A stretch of DNA of 64,000 nucleotides from Candidatus Latescibacterota bacterium (lineage in GTDB: Bacteria; Latescibacterota; UBA2968; UBA8231): positions 192,001 through 256,000 of the forward strand of contig OZ252098.1 of the NCBI GenBank assembly GCA_965248355.1, read 5' to 3'. The notes beneath the pieces were generated by a model. That model searched no databases. It saw only the letters and a list, made by a program, of their open reading frames with translations, and was not told the DNA's origin. Shown piece after piece: positions 10,142 through 19,882 of this stretch; the first letter of the stretch is position 1, and every line of letters begins with the position of its first letter. The position numbers and the translations under genes were made by a program.

Positions 10142-11808
10142 GCAGCTCTCCGGCGGCTGCCCCACGACCCGACCGCCCGCTGTCCGACCGCTGGCTTCTC
10201 CTGCTTCTCGCAGCCGGGCTCGGCCTCCGCCTCGTGGAGGTGTCGGCGCCCCTGATCGACTACCAGGCCTGGCGCCAGACGGACACGGCGGCCATCGCCC
10301 GCAACTTCCACGAAGAGGGCATGACCCTCTTCCACCCCCGCGTGGACTGGCGCGGCAACACGCCCGGGTACGTGGAGATGAACCTGCCCCTGTTCCCGTT
10401 CCTGGTGGCCTGCTTCTACTCCCTGGCGGGAGGCGTCCACGAGTGGATGGGACGGCTGCTGGCCGCCGCTTTTTCCACGGCCGCTGCGGTCCCCCTCTAC
10501 GCTCTCGCCCGCTCATGGCTCGGGAGCGCCGCGGGGGCCCGCCTGGCCGTGGCCATCTACCTGATGCTGCCCCTCAGTCTGTTCTTCGGCCGCGCCTTCA
10601 TGCCCGAGGCGCTGATGCTCCTGCTGAGCGCCGCCACCCTCACCGCCTTTCGCCGCGGCTGCCAGGCGGGGACGGGCCGGCTGCTGGCCGCCGCCGGAGT
10701 CGCGGCCCTGTGTTTCGCTGTCAAGATCCCCACCCTGTACCTGGGCTTTCCCCTCGTGGCCCTGGCCCTCGACCGCTGGGGGCCCTCCTTCCCGGGGCGC
10801 GGGTCCCTGTGGCTCTACCTGCTCGTTGCGATCCTCCCGCCGGCGGTCTGGCACCTCCACGCCGCGGGGCTGTTCGAGCAGACCGGGCTCACCTTCGGCA
10901 TCTGGGGCCCCCGGGGCTACGACAAGTGGAACCACGACCTGCTCCTGCAGGCCGGCTTCTACCGTCTGATGGCCGGCCGGTTCCTCGAGTCCGTGTTCAC
11001 ACCCATGGGCGCCGTCCTGCTGGCCGCCGGGCTCTTCGGCCTGTGGCCTCGCGGCGAAGCGGAACGGAGGCGGGAGGTGTGGCCGCTCTACGCGTGGTTC
11101 GGCGGTCTGCTGCTGTACGTGTTCCTGATCCCGGAGGGCAATCGCCGCCTGCACTACTACCAGCTGCCCTTTGCGCTTCCGGTGGCGATCTTCGCCGCCG
11201 CCCCGCTGGCCGCCCTGTGGGAGCCGGGCGGCGCCTCCCTGTCGGGCTCCGTGGGGCGGCAACTGCGGCGGCTCGGCCCCGGCTCCCGTGGGGCTCGTGT
11301 GCTGGTGGCCGTGTCCCTGGCCGCCGTGGGCGCCGGCAGCCTCTGGAAGGTGGGGGACTACTACCGGCCGGGGAACAACATCCACAACTACTACCGGAGC
11401 TGCGAGCTTGCCGGCCGCATCCTCGACCAGCGCATGCCCTCCGACGCCCGGCTCGTGACCGGCGACATCGACGAGGACCGGGATGGGCCGTTCCGCACCC
11501 AGAGCCCAACCCTCCTCTACTACTGCCACCGCAAGGGCTGGCAGATCACGCCCGACCTCTTCGACACCTCCAGGCTCGACTCGCTGGCCGCGGAAGGGGC
11601 CGACTACTTCGTGGTGGCGGCCGGGTTCGTGGAGCACGTGGAGCCGCTCTGGAGCGAGCTGTTGGCGCGCGGCATCACCACGGCCGCCGCCTTTCCCGAC
11701 TTTCGCATCGGTGAACGGTCCTTCCGGCGCCAGGCCAAGGCCGTGGAGGGGCCCGGGAAGCACATCCTCGTCGTCCGCCTGGTTGACATTCCCCCGGCGG
11801 GGAACTAG
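10126..11808 (+). CDS. Glycosyltransferase family 39 (ArnT/PMT-like, GT-C) membrane protein
   Basis: WRQTDTAAIARNF, YVEMNLPLFP, GRAFMPEAL and many TM segments; start uncertain (TTG 10126 or CTG 10138). Confidence 0.8.
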   Translation: MASLLSSSPAAAPRPDRPLSDRWLLLLLAAGLGLRLVEVSAPLIDYQAWRQTDTAAIARNFHEEGMTLFHPRVDWRGNTPGYVEMNLPLFPFLVACFYSLAGGVHEWMGRLLAAAFSTAAAVPLYALARSWLGSAAGARLAVAIYLMLPLSLFFGRAFMPEALMLLLSAATLTAFRRGCQAGTGRLLAAAGVAALCFAVKIPTLYLGFPLVALALDRWGPSFPGRGSLWLYLLVAILPPAVWHLHAAGLFEQTGLTFGIWGPRGYDKWNHDLLLQAGFYRLMAGRFLESVFTPMGAVLLAAGLFGLWPRGEAERRREVWPLYAWFGGLLLYVFLIPEGNRRLHYYQLPFALPVAIFAAAPLAALWEPGGASLSGSVGRQLRRLGPGSRGARVLVAVSLAAVGAGSLWKVGDYYRPGNNIHNYYRSCELAGRILDQRMPSDARLVTGDIDEDRDGPFRTQSPTLLYYCHRKGWQITPDLFDTSRLDSLAAEGADYFVVAAGFVEHVEPLWSELLARGITTAAAFPDFRIGERSFRRQAKAVEGPGKHILVVRLVDIPPAGN

Positions 11809-11851
11809 GTACTCATCAGACCCGTTCTTCCTCTGAGGAAAGGAGGAGCTT

Positions 11852-12544
11852 GTGACCTCCCGCAATCGATCGAGACGGTGGCTGCTCACCGCCCCCCTGG
11901 CGGCCTGTCTGCTTCTCGCCTGCGCCAGCACCCAGGGCGGCGGCGGGGCGGCGTACGGCCCGCCCCCCATCCCAGAGGGCAAGGGCCGGCTCTTCCTGGA
12001 AGCCGGCGGCATCCAGGAGCTGAACTTCTTCGTCGAGGACGCCGAGACCGGAGAGATCGTCTACGAGGACATGCCGAGGGCCTCCGCCTTCTCCCCCTCC
12101 GCCTTCGAGCGGTCCTGGACCGAGAACCGGCTCGTCGCCGACCTCGACCCGGGCACCTACGACATCACGGTCAACACCGACATTTCCGACAGCATCGTCG
12201 AACGCGGCGTCCAGATCCAGATGGGACAGGAGTCCCACATCGTCGTTCGCGTGGGCAGGATTCAGGTTCTGATCACCGGGGGACAGGGGTTCTCCCAGAT
12301 CCCCTTCCTGTTCATGGACTACACGATGCGCACCGTCCTCGGAAGGGGCATGACCTCGGGTGAGCTGCGATACTTCATCCTGCCCGTGGGAAGCTACAAG
12401 ATCCGTCTCGAGAACAGCCCCTCGGGGCTCGACGAGATCCGGTCCTTCGAGGTGGCCTTCGGGCGTCCCACGCCGGTGCCCATCGACCTTGGCACCGACA
12501 CCCCGGAGGGGTCTGAGACGCAGCAACCCGATCAGCAGCCCTGA
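11852..12544 (+). CDS. Hypothetical lipoprotein (beta-sandwich domains)
   Basis: RBS AGGAGGAG; GTG start; lipobox LLAC; LDPGTYDI and LPVGSYKI Ig-like motifs. Confidence 0.7.
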   Translation: MTSRNRSRRWLLTAPLAACLLLACASTQGGGGAAYGPPPIPEGKGRLFLEAGGIQELNFFVEDAETGEIVYEDMPRASAFSPSAFERSWTENRLVADLDPGTYDITVNTDISDSIVERGVQIQMGQESHIVVRVGRIQVLITGGQGFSQIPFLFMDYTMRTVLGRGMTSGELRYFILPVGSYKIRLENSPSGLDEIRSFEVAFGRPTPVPIDLGTDTPEGSETQQPDQQP

Positions 12545-13401
12545 TGGCCGCCCGAATCGTCCTCCTGGTCTCCTGCTTCCTCGCCCTCGGGTCCGCCGTG
12601 TCGGCGGCCGATCTGGCGGCCACCCTCGTCGACCGTCAGGGCAACCGCTTCGAGTTGACGAAGTTCAAGGTCCGGGGGCAGACCTCCTTGGCGTACTACC
12701 TCGACGGGGCCCGCCGCGAGGTGCCCCTGCGCGAGGTCGATCGCTTCCGTTTCGCCGGCGCTTCCCGCGAAGAGCAGCAGGATCTCGTGGTCCACCTGCG
12801 CACCGGCAAGGTGGAGAGGGGGACCTACGTCATCGCAACCGTGGCGAACGTGGAGGCCCTCGGCGGCGGCATCCCGCCGGAGAGCGCGTCCGGCTCGACC
12901 CGGCTGGGACCGTTCACCATCCTGCTGCGCGACGTGTCCGAGGTCGTGCTCCATCATCCGGACGCCGGCCGGCCGGTGGCGCCAAAGCCGCCTCTGCGGG
13001 CGAGCCTGGTGAACGAGAAGGGGCAGCGCTTCGAAGTCCAGAACCTGCGGTTCCGGGGCCGGCGGGAGTTCGCCTTCCAGCAGGGCAAGCGGCGCCGCAG
13101 CCTCGACATGGGCAAGATCAGGAGGATCGAGTTCAGAGAGGCCGGCATCGAAGTCCGTCCGGTCGTCATCTCCCTCAGGTCCGGGAAGACGCTCTTCGCC
13201 ACCGTCGAAGCCAGCACCGTGCGCCTGGCAGGGGAGCGCGACTACCACTACTCCACCCGGGTCGACTCCGCCTTCACCGGGTACGCCGGCTCCTCCCGGT
13301 TCGCCATCGGCCTGCAGGACATGCGCCTTCTGGTGCTTCACGGCCAGGAGTCGGCGGCCGATTCGACGGCGGCTCCCGCCACCGAAACCCCAGGTCGCTG
13401 A
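12544..13401 (+). CDS. Secreted hypothetical protein with a two-fold internal repeat
   Basis: TGATG coupling; signal peptide; two similar domains (LVDRQGNRFEL...HLRTGK / LVNEKGQRFEV...SLRSGK). Confidence 0.7.
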   Translation: MAARIVLLVSCFLALGSAVSAADLAATLVDRQGNRFELTKFKVRGQTSLAYYLDGARREVPLREVDRFRFAGASREEQQDLVVHLRTGKVERGTYVIATVANVEALGGGIPPESASGSTRLGPFTILLRDVSEVVLHHPDAGRPVAPKPPLRASLVNEKGQRFEVQNLRFRGRREFAFQQGKRRRSLDMGKIRRIEFREAGIEVRPVVISLRSGKTLFATVEASTVRLAGERDYHYSTRVDSAFTGYAGSSRFAIGLQDMRLLVLHGQESAADSTAAPATETPGR

Positions 13402-13441
13402 GGGCCCTTTTCTCCCCGTTGCGCCGCCCGGCCTCCGGGGA

Positions 13442-13666
13442 TCAGAAGAGGGTGTAGATGAACGGCGCCGCGGCGGTCCCGCTGAGCATGACCAGCAGCC
13501 CGAGGCCGGCGACCGTGAGCAGGATGGGCGCCAGCCACCACTTCTTGTTGTCCCTCAAAAAGGCGAGGAACTCCGCGGCCAGCCCGCTCCGCTTCTGACG
13601 GGCCTGGGCGGCGAGATCGTCCGGCTCGGCCGGGTTCGGCAACTCCCTCTCTGAATCGTCCGTCAC
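13442..13666 (-). CDS. DUF5989 / SxtK-like small membrane protein
   Basis: FLRDNKKWWLAPI...AAPFIYTLF signature. Confidence 0.9.
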   Translation of the reverse strand: MTDDSERELPNPAEPDDLAAQARQKRSGLAAEFLAFLRDNKKWWLAPILLTVAGLGLLVMLSGTAAAPFIYTLF

Positions 13667-13687
13667 GTCCAGTCTCCGTGGCTGTGT

Positions 13688-14134
13688 TCAGAACTGCCGG
13701 AAGTAGCGCTCGCGGGGTGGCCGCGGCCCCAGGGGAATCCAGTAGGACCCGGCCTCCCGATCGAACCGCCGATGCAGTGGATCGCGCCCGATCATCTTGA
13801 AGAACAGCCCCACGGGCGTGATCAGCAGATAGAACAGGATACCCATCAGCAGGTAGGAGACCACGTAGCCGACCGGCCACGCCAGCAGGGTCAGACCGAC
13901 GTAGAGAGGCCGGTTGGCCCTGGGGCAGACCAGCGAGAGAAGGGCCGACAGCAGGCCCAGCCCCGCCAGGACCCCGGCCACGGGGAGGCGCGCTTCACCA
14001 AGCCCGAAGGCGAAGACGAGCCGCTCGAACCACGCCATCATCCCCAGTCCACCGAAGCCGGCGAGAGCGATGAAGCCGAACGCCCGCAGCCTCCTGTCGT
14101 CGGGACGGAGATCAATGTCGAGCATTCCGCTCAC
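13688..14134 (-). CDS. SxtJ-family membrane protein
   Basis: LRAFG, LFYLLITPVG..GRDPL.R....SYW, ends YFRQF; lies between carbamoyltransferase and DUF5989. Confidence 0.85.
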   Translation of the reverse strand: MSGMLDIDLRPDDRRLRAFGFIALAGFGGLGMMAWFERLVFAFGLGEARLPVAGVLAGLGLLSALLSLVCPRANRPLYVGLTLLAWPVGYVVSYLLMGILFYLLITPVGLFFKMIGRDPLHRRFDREAGSYWIPLGPRPPRERYFRQF

Positions 14135-14137
14135 AGG

Positions 14138-15964
14138 TCAATCCAGGGCGAACTCGGCGAGGTAGGCCGAGGCGTCGAAGGCCCGGGCCTCGGGCTGGTC
14201 TTCCTTCAGAAGAAGGAAGCTCTCCAGGACCAGGGCGTCCATGCCGGTGGCCATGAAGCAGCGATAGGCGTCGGCGGGCGAGTTCACCATCGGCTCCCCG
14301 CGGACGTTGAAGCTGGTGTTGATCAGGACCGGCGTCCCCGTCCGCTCCTTGAAGCGCTCGACGATCCTGTGAAAGCGGGGGTGGTGATCGCTGTCGACGG
14401 TCTGCACGCGCGCCGAGTAGTCCACGTGAGTGATCGCCGGGACCGTGGACCGGCGCTGGCTGCGCCGCTCCAGCCCTTGCTGGGCGGGGCCGGGGGGCCG
14501 TCGCTGCTCCTCTCTGACCGGAGCGACGACGAGCATGTAGGGACTGTCGTAACCACGCCGCATCTCGAAGAACTCCTGCACGTCACGGCGCAGCACGGCG
14601 GGAGCGAAGGGCCGGAAGGACTCGCGGAACTTGATCTTGAGGTTCATCACCGACTGCATCTCGGCTGAGCGCGCGTCGCCGAGGATGGAGCGGCTGCCGA
14701 GGGCCCGGGGACCGAACTCCGCCCGCCCGGCAAAGTGCCCCACCACCTTCTCCTGCTCCACCAGCTCCGCGATCCGGTCGATGAGCAGGGCCTCGTCCTC
14801 GCAGCGCTGGTACACGGCCCCGGCCGCGTCCAGGGCCCGGCGGATCTCCGCGTCGCCGAAGCAGGGGCCCAGGAGGGAGCCGCCCTGGCTGTCCCGGGCG
14901 GCGGCGCGCCGGGGCTTGCCCAGGAGCTGGTGCCACGTGAACAGGGCCGCGCCCAGGGCTCCGCCGGCGTCCCCGGCAGCCGGCTGTACCCAGATGTCCT
15001 CGAAGGGCCCCTCGCGCAGCAGGCGCCCGTTGGCGACGCAGTTGAGGGCCACTCCGCCGGCCATCACCAGGTGGCGGGCGCCCGTCAGCTCGTGGGCGTG
15101 GCGCGCGATCTTCAGCACGATCTCCTCGGTCACCGCCTGAATCGAGGCGGCCAGGTCCATCTCGCGCTGGGTGATCTCGGTCTCGGCCTGCCGCGGCGGC
15201 CCTCCGAAGAGCTTCTCCATCCTGGGCGTGGTCATGACCGCCGTATGGCAGAAGCCGAAGTAGGACATGTCCATGCGGAAGGAGCCGTCCTCCTTGATGT
15301 CGAGCATCTCCTCGACGATCCGGTCGCGGTACACGGGCTCGCCATAGGGCGCCAGCCCCATGAGCTTGTACTCGCCGCTGTTGACCCGGAAGCCGGTGAA
15401 ATAGGTGAAGGCCGAGTAGAGCAGGCCGAGGGAGTGGGGGAAGCGCATCTCCCGAAGCATCTCGATCTCGTGGTCCCGGCCCACGGCGATCGTGCCCGTC
15501 GCCCATTCGCCGACCCCGTCCAGGGTGACGATGGCGGCCTCCTGGAAAGGGGATGGGTAGAAGGCGCTGGCCGCGTGCGACTCGTGGTGGGCGGGGAAGA
15601 GGTAGCGCCCCTCGTAGGCGCCGCGCAGCCCGCGGTCGAGCTCCCGGGGGGTGTGGAGCTTCTGCTTCAACCACAGGGGCATGCCCATGAGAAAGAGCTT
15701 GAAGCCTCTCGGAGCGAAGCCGATGTAGGTCTCCAGGAGGCGGTCGAACTTCAGCAGCGGTTTGTCGTAGAAGGCGACCAGATCGAGGTTCCCCGGCTCG
15801 AGGCCGCCGTACCCGAGGCAGAAGTCGACGGCGTTCTGCGGGAACCCGTGATCGTGCTTCTTGCGTGTGAAGCGCTCCTCCTGGGCCGCGGCCACGATCT
15901 CGCCGTCCCGAACGAGGCAGGCGGCGCTGTCGTGGTAGTAGGCCGAGATGCCCAGGATGTTCAT
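14138..15964 (-). CDS. Carbamoyltransferase (NodU/CmcH/SxtI family)
   Basis: ILGISAYYHDSAA, QEERFTRKKH, HHESHAASAF, GEYKLMGLAPYG, EFGPRALG, KFRESFRPFAP, NTSFNVRGEP. Confidence 0.95.
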   Translation of the reverse strand: MNILGISAYYHDSAACLVRDGEIVAAAQEERFTRKKHDHGFPQNAVDFCLGYGGLEPGNLDLVAFYDKPLLKFDRLLETYIGFAPRGFKLFLMGMPLWLKQKLHTPRELDRGLRGAYEGRYLFPAHHESHAASAFYPSPFQEAAIVTLDGVGEWATGTIAVGRDHEIEMLREMRFPHSLGLLYSAFTYFTGFRVNSGEYKLMGLAPYGEPVYRDRIVEEMLDIKEDGSFRMDMSYFGFCHTAVMTTPRMEKLFGGPPRQAETEITQREMDLAASIQAVTEEIVLKIARHAHELTGARHLVMAGGVALNCVANGRLLREGPFEDIWVQPAAGDAGGALGAALFTWHQLLGKPRRAAARDSQGGSLLGPCFGDAEIRRALDAAGAVYQRCEDEALLIDRIAELVEQEKVVGHFAGRAEFGPRALGSRSILGDARSAEMQSVMNLKIKFRESFRPFAPAVLRRDVQEFFEMRRGYDSPYMLVVAPVREEQRRPPGPAQQGLERRSQRRSTVPAITHVDYSARVQTVDSDHHPRFHRIVERFKERTGTPVLINTSFNVRGEPMVNSPADAYRCFMATGMDALVLESFLLLKEDQPEARAFDASAYLAEFALD

Positions 15965-16188
15965 CGACGAGCCTCGCGGCCGGCCGAGGGGCCGCCTGCC
16001 GGCCACGCCCGAGCGGCCCGGGCGCAACCCGGGAAGGCGAGGCGAAGCGGCCGTTGGGGCCGTATCGGCAAGCGGTCCTTTCCGTCGTTCTCTGTCGCCG
16101 GAGCGGGGTGATTCAAGGTGGGCTGCTGACTGCGGATCCGTTCAACGCTCGAAGAGAACAAGTCTAGTTGCGTCGGAGGGTTTCATCA

Positions 16189-18273
16189 ATGCCAGCATTC
16201 AGGCAGCATCCACAGACATCCTTTCCCATCGGGGTGGAGTACTACCGCGCCCCCATCCCGAGGCCTCGTACATGGGACGGGGATTTCGCCCGGATCCGCC
16301 AGGCCGGCTTCCGGATCGTGCGCAGCTTCAGCTACTGGAACTGGATGGAGCCGCGTCCGGGCGACTATGAGATGGAGGACTTCGACCGGTTCTTCGATCT
16401 GGCGGAGACGCACGGACTCTCGGTGTGGCTGGACATCACCCTCGCCACCCACGGGGCCTGTCCCGAGTGGCTGATCCGCGAGCATCCCGACATGCGGACC
16501 GTCAACCACCAGGGCCAGCCGAGTCTGGGCCACTCCAGCCCCGCCACTCCCCAGGGCGCCATGATCCACTGCTGCGACCATCCAGCGTGGCGCGAGCGCG
16601 GCGGCGCCCTGCTGCGCCATGTCGTGGACCGCTACCGGGACCGCTCCAACCTGCTCGTATGGGGCCTCTGGGACGGCGTGAGCCCGTCGTGGCCCCGTCA
16701 CGGCGACGGCCTTCCCTGTTACTGCGCCCATACCCGGTCGCGTTACAAGGCGTGGCTGCGCGAGCGCTACACCCTCGAGGAGTTCAACGCCCGCGTCCTG
16801 CGCCGTTTCCGGGACTGGGAGGACGTGGAGCCGCCCCGGTCGAATCACAACGTGGTGGAGATGCTCCTCTACCTGCGCTTCCACCGCCGGAACCTCGTCG
16901 ATCACCTCAGATGGATGGTCGCCGAGGCCAGGAGGATCGATCCCCACCACGAGATCCGCGCCCACGCCGCCTCGACGCCGCGGCCCTGGGACGACCAGTG
17001 CGCCCGAGAGGTCGACAGCTGGGGCATGTCCATGTCCTCCAACAACCTGCTCACCTCCCAGGACCCCTACCGGATCGCCGACCGCGCCTTCAGCTTCGAT
17101 CTGTCTCGCAGCCAGGGCGTCAACGGCCGCTGGTGGAACGAGGAGATCTACGCAGGCATGTCCCCCGGCGGGGTGACCTGGAAGAAGCAGTCCGACCCGC
17201 GCGAGCTCACCAGCCTGCTGTGGATGACCCTCGCCGGCGGCGCCGCGGGATGCATGTTCTGGCAGTACCGCCCCGAGTACCTCAGCTTCGAATCCCCCGG
17301 GTACAACCTCGCCGCCCTCGATGGAAAGCCCACGGCGCGCCTGCGGGCGGTCGCCGCCGCCGTGGCCCGCGTCGAGGGGATGAAGGACCACCTGCCCCTG
17401 GAGTGCCCGCAGGCCGAGGTGGGCATCGTCTACGACCCGGCATCGCAGGAGCTCTTCGGCCTCAGCGGCGAGACCGAGCGCTTCAACGCCGATCTGCGCG
17501 GCGTCTACCGGACCCTGTGGCGCAACGGCATTCCCGCCGACATCCTGTCGCCGCGCATGGACTGGTCGGGGTACCGCCTTCTCTTTCTGCCCAACCTCGC
17601 CCTCATGAGCGAGGAAGCGAGGGACCGCATCCACCGGACCCTGCAGGAGAGTCCGGGGACGCGCCTGGTCGCGGAGGGCAGCTTCGGCCTCTACCAGGAG
17701 AATGGCCTGTCGAGCGAGGCCCCGCCCGAGGGATTCGCTCAGCGCTTCGGCGTGCGCATCGAGGACTTCTCCGCGGTGACGGCGTACGACATCCGCCGGG
17801 GAGAGAACCGCCTGGAGACCCCTTACGGTCCGGTGAGCGTCACCTCGCCGTGCGGGTATGCCGTCCTCGAGCCTGTGGGGGACTCGACGGCGATCGCCCG
17901 GCTCGGCGACCAGGTGGTGGCCATGCGCAGCGGCGACGGACGCTTCACTTGGTACGGCCTGACCCTGTCGGCCGGGTTCGAGGATGCCGGCCATCCGTCG
18001 CTGGTCCTCGGCCTCGTGAGGGAAGCCGGCATCGAGCCGCCCGTGGCCCTGTCCGGCGACCCCCTGGTCACCACCGTCCGGAGATCCCGCCAGGGGGGAT
18101 GGCTGATCTTCGTCTTCAACCTCGAGCGGACCGCGGCGCAGGCGACGTTGCGTCCGCCATGGAGGAGCGGGAGCGCCAGGGACCTGCTGAGCGGCCGGGA
18201 AGCCGGGCTCGAGGATGGCGCCTTCAGGGTCCGGATCGAGCCCTGGGACGTGGGCGTGCTCTACTGCGAATGA
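16189..18273 (+). CDS. GH42-like beta-galactosidase family protein (catalytic plus trimerisation domains)
   Basis: GVEYY, WNWMEPRPG.Y, PEWL, CYC, MFWQYR, trimerisation-type YRLLFLP; RBS GGAGGG. Confidence 0.8.
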   Translation: MPAFRQHPQTSFPIGVEYYRAPIPRPRTWDGDFARIRQAGFRIVRSFSYWNWMEPRPGDYEMEDFDRFFDLAETHGLSVWLDITLATHGACPEWLIREHPDMRTVNHQGQPSLGHSSPATPQGAMIHCCDHPAWRERGGALLRHVVDRYRDRSNLLVWGLWDGVSPSWPRHGDGLPCYCAHTRSRYKAWLRERYTLEEFNARVLRRFRDWEDVEPPRSNHNVVEMLLYLRFHRRNLVDHLRWMVAEARRIDPHHEIRAHAASTPRPWDDQCAREVDSWGMSMSSNNLLTSQDPYRIADRAFSFDLSRSQGVNGRWWNEEIYAGMSPGGVTWKKQSDPRELTSLLWMTLAGGAAGCMFWQYRPEYLSFESPGYNLAALDGKPTARLRAVAAAVARVEGMKDHLPLECPQAEVGIVYDPASQELFGLSGETERFNADLRGVYRTLWRNGIPADILSPRMDWSGYRLLFLPNLALMSEEARDRIHRTLQESPGTRLVAEGSFGLYQENGLSSEAPPEGFAQRFGVRIEDFSAVTAYDIRRGENRLETPYGPVSVTSPCGYAVLEPVGDSTAIARLGDQVVAMRSGDGRFTWYGLTLSAGFEDAGHPSLVLGLVREAGIEPPVALSGDPLVTTVRRSRQGGWLIFVFNLERTAAQATLRPPWRSGSARDLLSGREAGLEDGAFRVRIEPWDVGVLYCE

Positions 18274-18276
18274 TGC

Positions 18277-18310
18277 TTGACTAAGTCCACATATGTCTCT
18301 AACCCCTTAT
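18277..18310 (+). promoter_or_regulatory. Candidate promoter/operator of the 18 kb envelope operon
   Basis: AT-rich gap with TTGACT (-35-like) overlapped by palindrome GACTAAGTC and followed by palindrome ACATATGT; no clear -10. Confidence 0.4.
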
Positions 18311-18349
18311 GGATACGGAGTTCGTAACCAATCGAGGACGACGACGAAG

Positions 18350-19882
18350 ATGCCCGGCCCGATATTGATGCTGGCCGCCCTGGCGCTGGCCGGCTGCGGC
18401 TCGGATGGGCCCCAGCGGCCCGGACCCCGATCCCGGGGGCCCGACCGGCGGAGTCACCATCACCCTGGTCTTCGCGGATTCGGCCCTGCAGTCGGCGGTG
18501 GAGGAAGCGGCAGCTGCGGCCGAGACCGGCGACGCGGCCGGGCTGGTCTCGCTGACGGCCAAGGACCGGGGGATCGCCGATCTGGGCGGTATCGAACAGC
18601 TGACGCGGCTGGAGGTCCTGGACCTGTACGGCAACCGGATCCAGGACCTGTCGCCGCTGGCGGGGCTGCGGCGGCTGCGCTACCTCGACCTGGGGAGCAA
18701 CCGGGTCGAGGAGGTGGCGGCCCTGTCGTCGCTGAAGAGCCTGCAGGTGCTGCTGCTGGCCGACAACGCGGTCAGGGACGTGTCGGTGCTGGCGGGTCTG
18801 GACAGCCTGCAGAGCGTGGATCTGACCGGCAATCCCCTGAGCGAGGCGGTGATCGAGTCCCAGGTGGCGGCGCTGCGGGAGCGCGGCGTGACCGTGGACT
18901 TCGTGGCGCCGGAGGGTCCGGGGGACGGGGCCGGTGGGGTCACCCTGGGGGACCTGCCCATCGTGTTCGTCTCGAGCCGGAGGACCGGGGAGGCCTGGGA
19001 TCTCGAGGTGCATTCCCTGGACCCGAAAACCGGCGTGGTGGTGAACCTGTCCGAAGGCCTGGCCACGGCGCCTTTCTCCGATGGCTCGAAACCGGATTCC
19101 ACGTCGGACTGGAGGTTCCTCCCGACCGGCCAGATCGTCCTGGTGAGGCGCGGCGAGGAGCCGGCCCAGTCGCCCGACGGGACGAGGATCGCCTTCAGCT
19201 CGAGCCGGGATGTCAACTGGGAGGTCTACGTGATGGACGCCGACGGCGGGGCTCCGCAGAACCTCACCTTCCACGAGGCCTGGGACGAGAGTCCCGCCTG
19301 GTCGCCCGACGGGGAGCGGATCGCCTTCGTGTCGGACCGCAACGGCGACATCGAGGAGTATGGGGGCCTGCGCTCAACACCGACATCTTCGTCATGAACG
19401 CCGACGGCAGCGGCGTGGAGCAGGTGACCTCCGATCCCCTCAGCCGGAGCGCCGATGCCCCTGCCTGGTCGCCGGACGGCTCGTCCATCGCCTTCAGGAG
19501 GTCGGACGGCGAGGGCTTTTCCGGAATCTTCGTTCTGGAGCTGTCCAGCGGCGAGGCTCGGCTCCTCACGGACGACGGGTGGGATCCTTCCTGGTCTCCC
19601 GACGGCCGCTGGATCGCCTACATGAGGACCGTGGAATACGAGGAGAGCCACGTGTGGAAGATCGCCGCCGGGGGCGGAGAGGCCACCCAGATGACTCTGG
19701 ACCGGTTCTTTCGAAGGAGCCCCACCTGGTCTCCCGACGGGGCCCGCATCGTCTTCGCGCGGGAGGACCGGGTGGAAGGGATCGCCTACGACCTCTACGC
19801 GATCCCGGCGGAGGGGGGGGCCGGCGAACAGATCACCGACGATCCGGGCGTCGACAGGGACCCGTGCTGGGCGCCCTTCTGA
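18350..19882 (+). pseudogene. LRR + PD40 lipoprotein copy 1, carrying two compensating frameshifts (or sequencing errors)
   Basis: Signal peptide/lipobox LAGC in one frame; LRR and first PD40s in another frame (18405-19397); rest of propeller back in the first frame. Shifts fall at GGGCCCC 18407-18413 and GGGGG 19362-19366. Confidence 0.75.

Noticed and set aside
13442-15964. Saxitoxin biosynthesis
   Set aside because: No sxtA-like PKS, amidinotransferase or other core genes in the window; the triad is widespread
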